A program made the position numbers and the translations under genes. The notes below the pieces were generated by a model. That model worked only from the letters and a program-made list of their open reading frames with translations. It did not search any database and was not told the origin of the DNA. Positions 40,386 through 49,233 of a stretch of 64,000 bases of DNA are shown piece after piece. Each line of letters starts with the position of its first letter. Positions within the stretch are counted from its first letter, which is position 1. Origin of the DNA: Thermodesulfobacteriota bacterium (GTDB lineage Bacteria > Desulfobacterota > Desulfarculia > JACQYL01); NCBI GenBank assembly GCA_963675595.2, contig CAXXLZ010000002.1:3136001-3200000 (forward strand), given 5' to 3'.

Positions 40386-41345
40386 TTGACGGCCCCCATG
40401 CACGCTCCTTCCTCATCGTTTCCCACGAAAAAATCCGCTGAAAATCCCATGAACGGAGTCTTTTGGGTCATGACCGGGGCGGCCCTGATCAGTTTTTCGG
40501 GGGTCTTCGTGAAACTGGCTCACGTGGGACCTAGTGAGTCGGCCTTTTACCGCGTTCTTTTCGGCGGAGCGGCGCTTCTGGCCGCCTGCTTCTTGCGTGG
40601 AGAGCGGATTCTCCCCGAGCCGCGAATTCTCGTCGCCTCCGTGGCTTGCGGTCTCTTCTTCAGCGTGGATCTTTGGAGTTGGCACCGCAGCATCCATTAC
40701 GTCGGGCCGGGTTTGGCCACCCTCTTGGCCAACTTCCAGGTGTTTTTTCTGACCGCTTTCGGGATCCTGGTCTACCGTGAACGGCCCAATTGGAGATATG
40801 CCGCCGGAGTGCCCCTGGCCATGCTGGGTCTTTTTCTGGTGGTGGGCATCGAGTGGGGAGCGTTCGAACCCCGGGCGAAGTGGGGAGTGATGTTGGGTCT
40901 CATGGCGGCCGTGGCTTATGCGACCTACCTTCTTTCTCTACAGAAAACGCAATCCTTTCCGAGTCGAATCACGCCCATGGCGCTGTTGGGATACGTTTCG
41001 CTGTTTACCGCCTTGTTCTTGGGGTCGGAGTCTTTTGTCCGAGGGAATTCTCTTTCGATTCCGGACGCTCAAACCTGGGTGGTGCTGGTCGCATACGGGC
41101 TGTTCTGTCAGATGGGGGGATGGCTCTGCATCTCCCGGGGCCTGGGGCGTACTCGAGCCTCCCGGGCGGGGCTGGCGCTTCTGCTCCAGCCGACTCTGGC
41201 CTTTGTGTGGGACGTCTGGTTCTTCCATTGCACTGTGAACATGGTCCAGGCATTGGGTGTGGCCATGGCGTTGGCGGCGGTGTATTTGGGGACTTCCGGA
41301 CCGACGACCAAGCGTTCTCGATCGTCTATCCATCGCCGAAGCTGA
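40386..41345 (+). CDS. DMT/EamA family transporter
   Basis: About ten TMs in two repeats; AFYR, ATLLANFQ, LLLQP; start may be 40398 or 40449. Confidence 0.9.
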   Translation: MTAPMHAPSSSFPTKKSAENPMNGVFWVMTGAALISFSGVFVKLAHVGPSESAFYRVLFGGAALLAACFLRGERILPEPRILVASVACGLFFSVDLWSWHRSIHYVGPGLATLLANFQVFFLTAFGILVYRERPNWRYAAGVPLAMLGLFLVVGIEWGAFEPRAKWGVMLGLMAAVAYATYLLSLQKTQSFPSRITPMALLGYVSLFTALFLGSESFVRGNSLSIPDAQTWVVLVAYGLFCQMGGWLCISRGLGRTRASRAGLALLLQPTLAFVWDVWFFHCTVNMVQALGVAMALAAVYLGTSGPTTKRSRSSIHRRS

Positions 41346-41437
41346 TTCCTGCCATTGATTTTCAATCCTGGAACCTTCGTTTTGCTCTTGCAAGAGAATC
41401 TATCAATATGTGATATAAGGGTTTTCAATGCCCCTCT

Positions 41438-41533
41438 TGGGGAGAGCCCCAAAGCTGTGATACCGGGGAAATCAAGCCCGCCCGCAGATGAACGTCCGTG
41501 ATTCGGGCGGAAAGCACAGGGAAAGGACCACTC
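41438..41533 (+). promoter_or_regulatory. Structured 5' leader conserved with the first hdrA-like gene
   Basis: Aligns with 37163-37261 and ends at the SD sequence GAAAGGA. Confidence 0.55.
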
Positions 41534-44500
41534 ATGTCGAAAGATAAAACGGGATCCGTGATGGTGGTCGGGGGCGGCATCGCCGGTATGCAAACGGCGC
41601 TGGACCTGGCCGACTCCGGATTCTTCGTGTACCTGGTGGAGCGTTCGTCGTCCATCGGCGGGGTCATGTCCCAACTGGACAAGACGTTCCCCACTGAAGA
41701 CTGCTCGTTATGCATATTGTCCCCCAAACTGGTCGAGGTCGGCCGTCACATCAATATTGAGCTGTTGACGTTGTCGGAAGTGGTTTCCGTTTCCGGGGAA
41801 GAGGGGAATTTCGCGGTGAAGATTCTCCAGCACCCCAGATACATCGATATGAACAAATGCATCGCTTGTGGGGCTTGTGCCGAAAAATGCCCGAAGAAGG
41901 TGGACGATGCGTACAACTGCGACCTGATCAAGCGTAAGGCGATCTATTCAAAATATTCCCAGGCCGTGCCCTTGAAATACGCCATTGATCCCGAACACTG
42001 CATCTACCTGACCAAGGGTAAATGCCGAGCCTGCGAGAAGATCTGTCCGGCGGGAGCGGTCAATTTCGAGGATTGTGAGAAGGAACTGTCTCTGGAGGTG
42101 GGGTCCATCGTCCTTTCTCCCGGGTTCGAGCCCTACAACCCCATGAACTTCGACGGCTACGGCTATGGTCGTTACCCCAACGTGGTCACCAGTCTCGAAT
42201 TCGAACGGATCCTCAGTGCGTCGGGGCCCTTCGGCGGTCACGTGACGCGGCTTTCGGACCACAAAGACGCGAAGAAGATTGCGTGGATCCAGTGTGTAGG
42301 CTCCAGAGACACCCATGAAGGAGCCCTGCCCTATTGTTCCTCCGTGTGCTGCACCTATGCCATCAAGGAAGCCGTGGTGGCCAAAGAGCATGTGAAGGAT
42401 TTGGACGCGGCCGTGTTCTACATCGATATCCGGACCCATGGTAAGGACTTCGAGCGTTCCTATATCAAAGCGCGGGATCGGGCGGGCGTCCGGTTCATCA
42501 AATCCAGAATCTCCTCCATTCGAGAAGTGGGTGACTCCGGAGACCTTCTTATTTGGTATACGGATGAACAGGGAAGACGGGTGGAGGAAACCTTCGATTT
42601 GGCGGTGCTGTCCATCGGTTTGTGTCCAAACCCGGGTGCGGTGCAGTTGGCCCAAAAACTCGGGATCGAATTGGACCATTACGGATATCCCGTTTCGAGC
42701 AGTTTCGAGCCCGTGAGGACTTCCAGGCCCGGCATCTTCGTGTGCGGGGCTTATCAAGGACCCAAGGACATTCCGTCCTCGGTCATGGACGCGGGAGCGT
42801 CGGCTGGGGCTGCGGGCGGTATCCTGGCTCCGGCTCGAGGGAAACTCACGCGAACCAAAGACGTCCCCGAAGAAAGAGACGTGAAGGGCACCGCACCCCG
42901 CATCGGAGTCTTTGTGTGCCGATGCGGGACGAACATCGGAGGGGTCGTCGATGTGGACGCCGTGACGGAATACGCCCAACACTTGCCTTATGTGGCGCAT
43001 GCGGAAGGGAACATGTTCACGTGTTCACAGGACACGCAGGACAATATGGACCGGATCATCCGCGAAAAGGGGCTCAATCGAGTGGTCGTGGCCGCGTGCA
43101 GTCCCCGGACGCACGAGCCGCTGTTCCAGGAAACCATGGTCGCCGCCGGGCTGAACAAGTATCTTTTCGAAATGGCCAATATCCGCAACCATTGTTCCTG
43201 GGTGCACGGTTCGGAACCCGACAAGGCAACGCAGAAAGCCAAGGACCTGGTGCGGATGGCCGTGATCAAGGCCGCGCAACTGGAACCACTTTACGAACAG
43301 AATCTCGGGGTAAACCGGGCCGCGCTCGTGATCGGAGGCGGAGTGGCCGGGTTGACGGCTTCCAAGACCCTCTCGGCTCAAGGATATCAGGTGTATCTGG
43401 TGGAGCGGGAGAACGTCCTGGGCGGCGGAGCCCGAACCCTTTTCCGGACCTGGAAGAGAGAGAACGTAGCGGAGCATCTCGATCGGCTGGTCCGGGAAGT
43501 GGAAAAAGACCCGGGGATCGAGATATTCCTGAATGCGGAGATCAAGCAGGTAGACGGTTTTGTAGGGAATTTCAAGACCACCGTGGACGTTGGAGGAGAG
43601 GATCGACACATCGAGCACGGAGTGGCCATCCTGGCCACGGGGGCCGTGGAATACCGACCCACCGAGTACCTTTACGGCCGGGATGAGCGGGTTGTTACCG
43701 GGCTCGAGCTGGATCGTCTGCTCAAAGAGGAACATCCGCGATTGAAGGATGTCAAGAGCGCCGCCTTCATCCAATGCGTGGGCTGCAGGAATTCAGAGCG
43801 TCCCTACTGCTCGAAGGTGTGCTGCACCCATTCCATTGTCAATGCCCTCGAACTCAAGAAGGTCCGTCCCGAGATGGACGTCTACGTGGTCTACAGGGAT
43901 CTTCGTACCTACGCACTGCGTGAGGACGTGTATCGGGAAGCCCGGGAAAAGGGCGTCCTCTTTCTACGCTACGATTATGAAAAAGGCCTGGATGTCACCG
44001 CGGGAGATCAGGGACTTCAACTTCACTTCACGGATACGCTGTTGAATCGGAAGGTGGAGGTGCCGGCGGATTTGGTGATTCTGGCCGCAGCCGTCGTCGC
44101 GCCGGAAATGGGTTTCCTGGCCCAGCACTTCAAGGTCCCCGTGAACGACGACGGCTTTTTCGTGGAAGCCCACGTAAAGCTGAGACCCGTGGATTTCGCC
44201 ACGGACGGGGTCTTCGTCTGCGGTCTGGCTCACGCCCCCAAGTCCCTGGATGAATCCGTGGCCCAGGCACAAGCGGCGGCCGCTCGAGCGGTGACGGTGC
44301 TGAGCAGGACGGGGCTCCGAGTCGGAGGCGTCGTCTCGAGCATCAACCAGCAGTTTTGCACCGGATGTAAGGTTTGCGTCACCGTTTGTCCTTTCAAGGC
44401 GATTCAACTGAACGATAAAGGCAAGGCGGAAGTCAACGAGGCACTTTGCAAAGGATGCGGCCTGTGCGTTTCGTCGTGTCGCTCCGGTGCGCCTGAGCTC

Positions 44501-44554
44501 AAAGGATTTACCGATGGGGAAATCTTCGGCCAGATAGAAGCATTCGCCCTCTAA
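41534..44554 (+). CDS. hdrA: HdrA-like FAD/Fe-S protein, cysteine isoform
   Basis: Collinear paralogue of 37262-40279; DKTFPTEDCSLCILSPK with TGC (41711-41713) at the Sec position. Confidence 0.93.
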   Translation: MSKDKTGSVMVVGGGIAGMQTALDLADSGFFVYLVERSSSIGGVMSQLDKTFPTEDCSLCILSPKLVEVGRHINIELLTLSEVVSVSGEEGNFAVKILQHPRYIDMNKCIACGACAEKCPKKVDDAYNCDLIKRKAIYSKYSQAVPLKYAIDPEHCIYLTKGKCRACEKICPAGAVNFEDCEKELSLEVGSIVLSPGFEPYNPMNFDGYGYGRYPNVVTSLEFERILSASGPFGGHVTRLSDHKDAKKIAWIQCVGSRDTHEGALPYCSSVCCTYAIKEAVVAKEHVKDLDAAVFYIDIRTHGKDFERSYIKARDRAGVRFIKSRISSIREVGDSGDLLIWYTDEQGRRVEETFDLAVLSIGLCPNPGAVQLAQKLGIELDHYGYPVSSSFEPVRTSRPGIFVCGAYQGPKDIPSSVMDAGASAGAAGGILAPARGKLTRTKDVPEERDVKGTAPRIGVFVCRCGTNIGGVVDVDAVTEYAQHLPYVAHAEGNMFTCSQDTQDNMDRIIREKGLNRVVVAACSPRTHEPLFQETMVAAGLNKYLFEMANIRNHCSWVHGSEPDKATQKAKDLVRMAVIKAAQLEPLYEQNLGVNRAALVIGGGVAGLTASKTLSAQGYQVYLVERENVLGGGARTLFRTWKRENVAEHLDRLVREVEKDPGIEIFLNAEIKQVDGFVGNFKTTVDVGGEDRHIEHGVAILATGAVEYRPTEYLYGRDERVVTGLELDRLLKEEHPRLKDVKSAAFIQCVGCRNSERPYCSKVCCTHSIVNALELKKVRPEMDVYVVYRDLRTYALREDVYREAREKGVLFLRYDYEKGLDVTAGDQGLQLHFTDTLLNRKVEVPADLVILAAAVVAPEMGFLAQHFKVPVNDDGFFVEAHVKLRPVDFATDGVFVCGLAHAPKSLDESVAQAQAAAARAVTVLSRTGLRVGGVVSSINQQFCTGCKVCVTVCPFKAIQLNDKGKAEVNEALCKGCGLCVSSCRSGAPELKGFTDGEIFGQIEAFAL

Positions 44555-44583
44555 CAAGGCGGGTGGAGTGCATGGAGTTCGAA

Positions 44584-44619
44584 TCCGGGGGAGTTTTTGA
44601 ATCAAAAAGCTCCCCCGGA
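44584..44619. repeat. Palindromic hairpin resembling the GGGGG..TTTT/AAAA..CCCCC repeat family
   Basis: TCCGGGGGAGTTTTTGA-A-TCAAAAAGCTCCCCCGGA. Confidence 0.55.
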
Positions 44620-44722
44620 ATTTTTCCCGTCGAACCGTGCCGCGGCGTTCCCGAGTTTTTGGTTTGAAAGGCTTCCTTCGCGCCCGTATCATGATTGTTC
44701 ACAGGTGGATGAAAGGACGGTC

Positions 44723-46558
44723 ATGGAGATCCTTCGGAAGGTCTATTTCGGCGCCGGCACGTGGATCAGTATCGGCATTTTCTGGGTTCTTTCTCTGGCC
44801 TTCAGGCTGGACCCCGGCATTTCCGCTTTGTTGGCGACGGCCTATGCTCTGCTCTACACGCTTGTCGCATTGGCCGCTCGACGGGTGACCAAGCTGGACT
44901 ACGGCGTCATCCTTTTCTTCGCCGTGGGCGCGGCTCTGACTTTGTCCGGTTCCCGACTGGGTATGCTGTACCTGTTCAATTACTTCTCCGCCTTCCTGTT
45001 CCTGTTCCTTTTCTTGATGGCCTACCTTCCGATCGTTTTCGGCAAGGAACCGTTCACCACGGCTTTTGCCAAGCGTACGACTCCACAGGCCTTCTGGGGC
45101 AGCGACCTTTTTCTTGAAATCAATCGTCGGATGACCCTGGTTTGGGCCGGTTTGTTTGCGGCGTCGGGGCTCATGAGCCTGATTCCGGGTTTCTGGACCC
45201 AGGCCGTGGCGCCCGCCGTTCTGTTGATCGGAGTGGGCGTGCCCCTGAACCTGCGATTTCCGGACTACTATTTGCGGAAGAAGGGCTTGGGGGGCTTTCT
45301 TAAAGACTCCGAAACCGCGCCGGCTTCCATGCCGGCAGGCGATTCCGCCGGGATGGAGCCCGGGGCCGTGAGCGAACGGACCTGGGAGGGACCGGATCTG
45401 TTTCCGGAAAACGAAGACTCCGAAGTGGACGAAAGGAGAGCCCGGCAAGCCGAAACGCTGGGTCCGGTCAAGAACATGGTGGTGGTCTTGGGAAGCCCGC
45501 GGGGAGCCAAGGGATTTACCTATCATTGCCTGGCGCCTTTCCTGGAAGGAGTCCGTGAATCCGGCATCGAGCCGGAAATTGTTCATCTTCATGAGCATAA
45601 GGTTCGGGGCTGCTCCGGGTGCTTTTCCTGCTGGACGGGAACGCCGGGAGAGTGCATCCACAAAGACGATGCGGCGGAGCTGAGAAGGAAAATCGCTTCG
45701 GCGGATTTGGTGGTCTATGCTCAGCCTTTGTATGTGTTCTCGGTTCCAGGGATCGTCAAGAATCTCCTGGACCGGATGATCCCCGGGTTCCAGCCGTTTT
45801 TGATCGAAACGCCGCAAGGCGTCACAGGGCATCCCGAGCGGGACGGACACGGTTTTGGTCGCCGAATCGTGGTGTTATCGGTGTGCGGCTTCCCGGAGGT
45901 CGTCCATTTTCGACCGTTGGTCTTCATGTTTCGGGCCATGGCCGGGGCGAGCGGCAAAGTCCTTTGCGGGGAGTTGCTCAGGCCGGCTTCCGAATCCCTC
46001 CGGGCGGGGGAGCAGCTGGGACCGATTTACGGTGAGGTGATGGAGTCGTTTCGCCGTGCCGGAAGGGAAGCCGCTTCCCGGGGATGGGTATCGCGGGCCT
46101 CTGAACGGGCCGTATCACGGCCCATTACTACCAATGTGGATGGGTTCCGGGTCGCCGCCAACGAGTTTTGGAAGGCCTGGGCGGAGTATGAAAGGCTGAA
46201 ACAATGCGGAACTCCGGTTCCGAATTTGGACACTTTTCTCGCGCAATCTCCCGGCATGATGTTGGCGGGTATGGCTTCCGCCTTCGATCCGGAAAAGGCT
46301 CGGGGGTTTGAGGGGATCTTCCAGTTTGACGTGACCGGGGAGCGCGGCGGCGCATATTTTATCGAAATCGTCAACGGCAAGTGTGACTTTCACGAAGGAG
46401 AAGCTGCGAATCCCACCGTAGTGATTCATACCCCCATGGACGTATGGCTTGCCGTGGCGTCCAAAGAGGTTTCCGGTCAGGAAGCCCTGCTCAAAGGCAT
46501 GTACACGGTGGAAGGGGACGTGGGCGCATTGGTCAAGTTGGGGGAAATCTTTTCATGA
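44723..46558 (+). CDS. Fusion protein: multi-TM domain, iron-sulfur flavoprotein/flavodoxin-like domain, SCP2 lipid-binding domain
   Basis: About six TMs; GSPR...T and CSGCFSCWTGTPGEC...DD; PLY; C-terminal FDPEKA...FQFDVTG...GQEALLKG...VEGD; RBS AAAGGA before ATG 44723. Confidence 0.85.
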   Translation: MEILRKVYFGAGTWISIGIFWVLSLAFRLDPGISALLATAYALLYTLVALAARRVTKLDYGVILFFAVGAALTLSGSRLGMLYLFNYFSAFLFLFLFLMAYLPIVFGKEPFTTAFAKRTTPQAFWGSDLFLEINRRMTLVWAGLFAASGLMSLIPGFWTQAVAPAVLLIGVGVPLNLRFPDYYLRKKGLGGFLKDSETAPASMPAGDSAGMEPGAVSERTWEGPDLFPENEDSEVDERRARQAETLGPVKNMVVVLGSPRGAKGFTYHCLAPFLEGVRESGIEPEIVHLHEHKVRGCSGCFSCWTGTPGECIHKDDAAELRRKIASADLVVYAQPLYVFSVPGIVKNLLDRMIPGFQPFLIETPQGVTGHPERDGHGFGRRIVVLSVCGFPEVVHFRPLVFMFRAMAGASGKVLCGELLRPASESLRAGEQLGPIYGEVMESFRRAGREAASRGWVSRASERAVSRPITTNVDGFRVAANEFWKAWAEYERLKQCGTPVPNLDTFLAQSPGMMLAGMASAFDPEKARGFEGIFQFDVTGERGGAYFIEIVNGKCDFHEGEAANPTVVIHTPMDVWLAVASKEVSGQEALLKGMYTVEGDVGALVKLGEIFS

Positions 46559-46637
46559 TCCGATAAAGTGAACCAAGGGCCTGCATCGCAAAAACGGCCT
46601 AATGTTCCGTCGGGACAGGGTGTTCTCCCTCCGCGCT

Positions 46638-48329
46638 TCAAGATTCTTGGACAGGCTCTTTCCACACCCGGTCAAGAAACAAGTAAAGGCTGGGGTGGGG
46701 GCTGAGGCCGCAAACGCCTTTCCCGGCGACCATCCAAGCGTTCCTCCAGTAGCTGATCCCCACCGATCCTCGATCTTTTTGGATCTTTTCCAGTTTGCAG
46801 AACATCTTCTTTCTCTCCGCCGGATCGATGGTTGTATTTGCCGCAGCCAGAAGGCGGGAGAACTCGGGGTCCGTCCAGCGGGTTTCATTCCAGGGAACCG
46901 GTTTTCCATCTTTGTCCGAACTGTAGGCCAGGTTCAATACCATGGTGCCGAGAGGACGATGAACCCAGGGGGTGATGCCGAAGTCGATGTCCATCCATTG
47001 CTTCCGGTATTCCCGGTTGGTGATGGGATGGAGTCGAATGCGGAATCCCGCGGGTGCGGCGTCCCGTTTAAGAATTTCGGCGTACGTAAGGACGTCCTTC
47101 CATCCCTCTCCGAAAATCAGCTCGACGTCCAAGCCCTGAGGGTATCCCGCCTGCCCGAGCAACTGCCTCGCTTTCTCGGGATCATACCCGGGGGGAATCT
47201 GTTCGCAGTATTCCGGGTGATGAGGATGGACGTGGAAGTCTTGTCCAATGAATCCTTGTCCAAAGTATGCTTGATCCAGAATGTTTTGTCGATGCTGACA
47301 AAGCTTCATTGCGGATCGAACCCGATTGTCGGACCACGGAGCGCGATCGACTCTCATGCGAAGGACGCGTGCGTGTGCCGCGGCCACGGAGGCGAGGGTC
47401 ACGTCCGAAAGGTCGCGAGTTGCCTCGTAAACCTCCGACCCGCCGCTGTCACCCAAATCCACGATGTCCACGAGTCCTTTTCCCAGTGCTTCGATCTGAG
47501 GAATGATGTCGGATCCCATGTCGATGAAGCGAATTTCATCCAGATAGGGAAGAGGCTTTCCGTCCGGTCCCTTGATCCTGTAATCGGGCCTTCGCTTGAG
47601 GACGCATCGTTCTCCGGGCGAAAGCTCGGCCAGGACATAGGGCCCGGTCCCGTGGGGTCTCTTCAGGAAATCTCCCTCGAAGGTTCTGTGGTTCAGGATC
47701 ACGGCGGGGTAGTGGAACAGGTGTTCGGGCAGAGCGATTTCCGGTCGGTCGAGATGCAGGGTCACCTGGTATCGGCCGGTCTTTTCAATGCCCGAGGGAG
47801 ACAGGTAGTCTCCTAGAATCCCTCGCATGGAGGAATCGATTTCCGGATCCAGCCACTGTCTCATGGAGAAAATAACGTCGTCGGCGGTACACTCGTCTCC
47901 GTTGTTGAAACGAAGATCGTTTCTGAGCGTGAGGCGCCACGTGGTGAGGTCGAAGCTTACCTCCCAGTGATCGAGGAGATAGGGATGTGTGATGTTTCTT
48001 TGGTCCGTAAAGGTCAGGTACTCGGCCACCTGACGAATCTGGTTCGACGGGGAAACCCAGGCCAATCGAGCCGGATGATCCACTTTCTGCACAGGGGCCG
48101 CCACTCGCAGCAAGCCGCCTCTGCCGGCGGACGCGTAGGCTGTTGAAGCTCGAGTCGTACCGAAAAACGCGGAAGATAGGCCGAGCAGCGCGGTATATCT
48201 AAGGAACTCGCGGCGTGTGATCCCTCCCGTCGCAAGTCCGTGGGCCAATTCCTCCATCAAGGGATGCGACTTGCCGGGCCTGTCGGATTTGGCCGCGAAA
48301 AAAGCCGACCGATTGCTGAAGTCTTTCAT
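46638..48329 (-). CDS. ABC substrate-binding protein family 5 (peptide/nickel type) with Tat signal, no adjacent permeases
   Basis: ITRREFLRYTALLG; LRNDLRFNNG; GTGPY; DNRVR.AM; RBS GGGGGTG before ATG 48329. Confidence 0.9.
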   Translation of the reverse strand: MKDFSNRSAFFAAKSDRPGKSHPLMEELAHGLATGGITRREFLRYTALLGLSSAFFGTTRASTAYASAGRGGLLRVAAPVQKVDHPARLAWVSPSNQIRQVAEYLTFTDQRNITHPYLLDHWEVSFDLTTWRLTLRNDLRFNNGDECTADDVIFSMRQWLDPEIDSSMRGILGDYLSPSGIEKTGRYQVTLHLDRPEIALPEHLFHYPAVILNHRTFEGDFLKRPHGTGPYVLAELSPGERCVLKRRPDYRIKGPDGKPLPYLDEIRFIDMGSDIIPQIEALGKGLVDIVDLGDSGGSEVYEATRDLSDVTLASVAAAHARVLRMRVDRAPWSDNRVRSAMKLCQHRQNILDQAYFGQGFIGQDFHVHPHHPEYCEQIPPGYDPEKARQLLGQAGYPQGLDVELIFGEGWKDVLTYAEILKRDAAPAGFRIRLHPITNREYRKQWMDIDFGITPWVHRPLGTMVLNLAYSSDKDGKPVPWNETRWTDPEFSRLLAAANTTIDPAERKKMFCKLEKIQKDRGSVGISYWRNAWMVAGKGVCGLSPHPSLYLFLDRVWKEPVQES

Positions 48330-48546
48330 GACACCCCCTTCAGAGCTTCCTCCGCAGACTTTCGGGAGGGGATCAGCGTTGCAGGCGGATCGTGCCGGGC
48401 GACATCGCCTGATCACGGACTTGTCGGAGCACGCATTCAACGCGCTCTTGGATTCGCCACACCCATGGTTCCTGCAGCCCCCTCCCGCGTCATGCGCGCC
48501 CAAGGAGCCCATCGTTTAGGGAAACCAATGGAGCCGGACAATAGAC

Positions 48547-49062
48547 TCATACGACCGTCTCGCCGTCTTCTTCATACAGGAAAGGCGCTATTTCCCCTTT
48601 TCGGGCCTCCATCAAGGAACCCAGACGCATCAGGGCCGCCAGAATCATCAGCTGTTCCCACTCTTCAAGTTTCTGGAATCGGACCTGAAAGGACTCCTGA
48701 AGGAATGGCGGCGCGGCCGCGAGAAGCTGCTCACAGGAAGGCGTGGTCCGTACCAGAACCTTTCTGCGATCTTCGGTGCTTCGATTGCGCGTCACCAGAC
48801 TGCGCGCTTCCAAGCGGTCGATGATGCCGGTCACCGTGGCTTGCCCCAGACTCACCGCCTTGGCGAGGTCTCCGATGGGGACTTCCCCCATTTTGGATAA
48901 CTCTTGGAGGATGACGAGTTGCGGACCTGTGAGGCCGTATCGGTGAACGAGATACCTGGAATGACGGTCGATCGTTTGAATGATGCGACGTAACGCGATC
49001 ATCACCTCATGGGTCACGGATTTACCGTCAAGAAGCTCATTTGCACGTAAATTTGGGGTCAT
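48547..49062 (-). CDS. MarR family regulator (EctR-like)
   Basis: ALRRIIQTIDRHSR...GLTGPQLVIL, TVTGIIDRLE, DRR, LEEWEQLMIL. Confidence 0.88.
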   Translation of the reverse strand: MTPNLRANELLDGKSVTHEVMIALRRIIQTIDRHSRYLVHRYGLTGPQLVILQELSKMGEVPIGDLAKAVSLGQATVTGIIDRLEARSLVTRNRSTEDRRKVLVRTTPSCEQLLAAAPPFLQESFQVRFQKLEEWEQLMILAALMRLGSLMEARKGEIAPFLYEEDGETVV

Positions 49063-49233
49063 TTTTTCACGAAATTATGGCACGGAAAACCGAAGGAGCC
49101 GATCCTGTTTCCGAAAGCCGGTTGTCGACACGCTCCCGCACACCGTTTGGCCACCCTCCGGCGTTGGCGAAAACATGTCGTGTTTTATCAGTTATTCAGA
49201 ACAGTTATAGAATAGGTACTTCTATGTTCTCTG

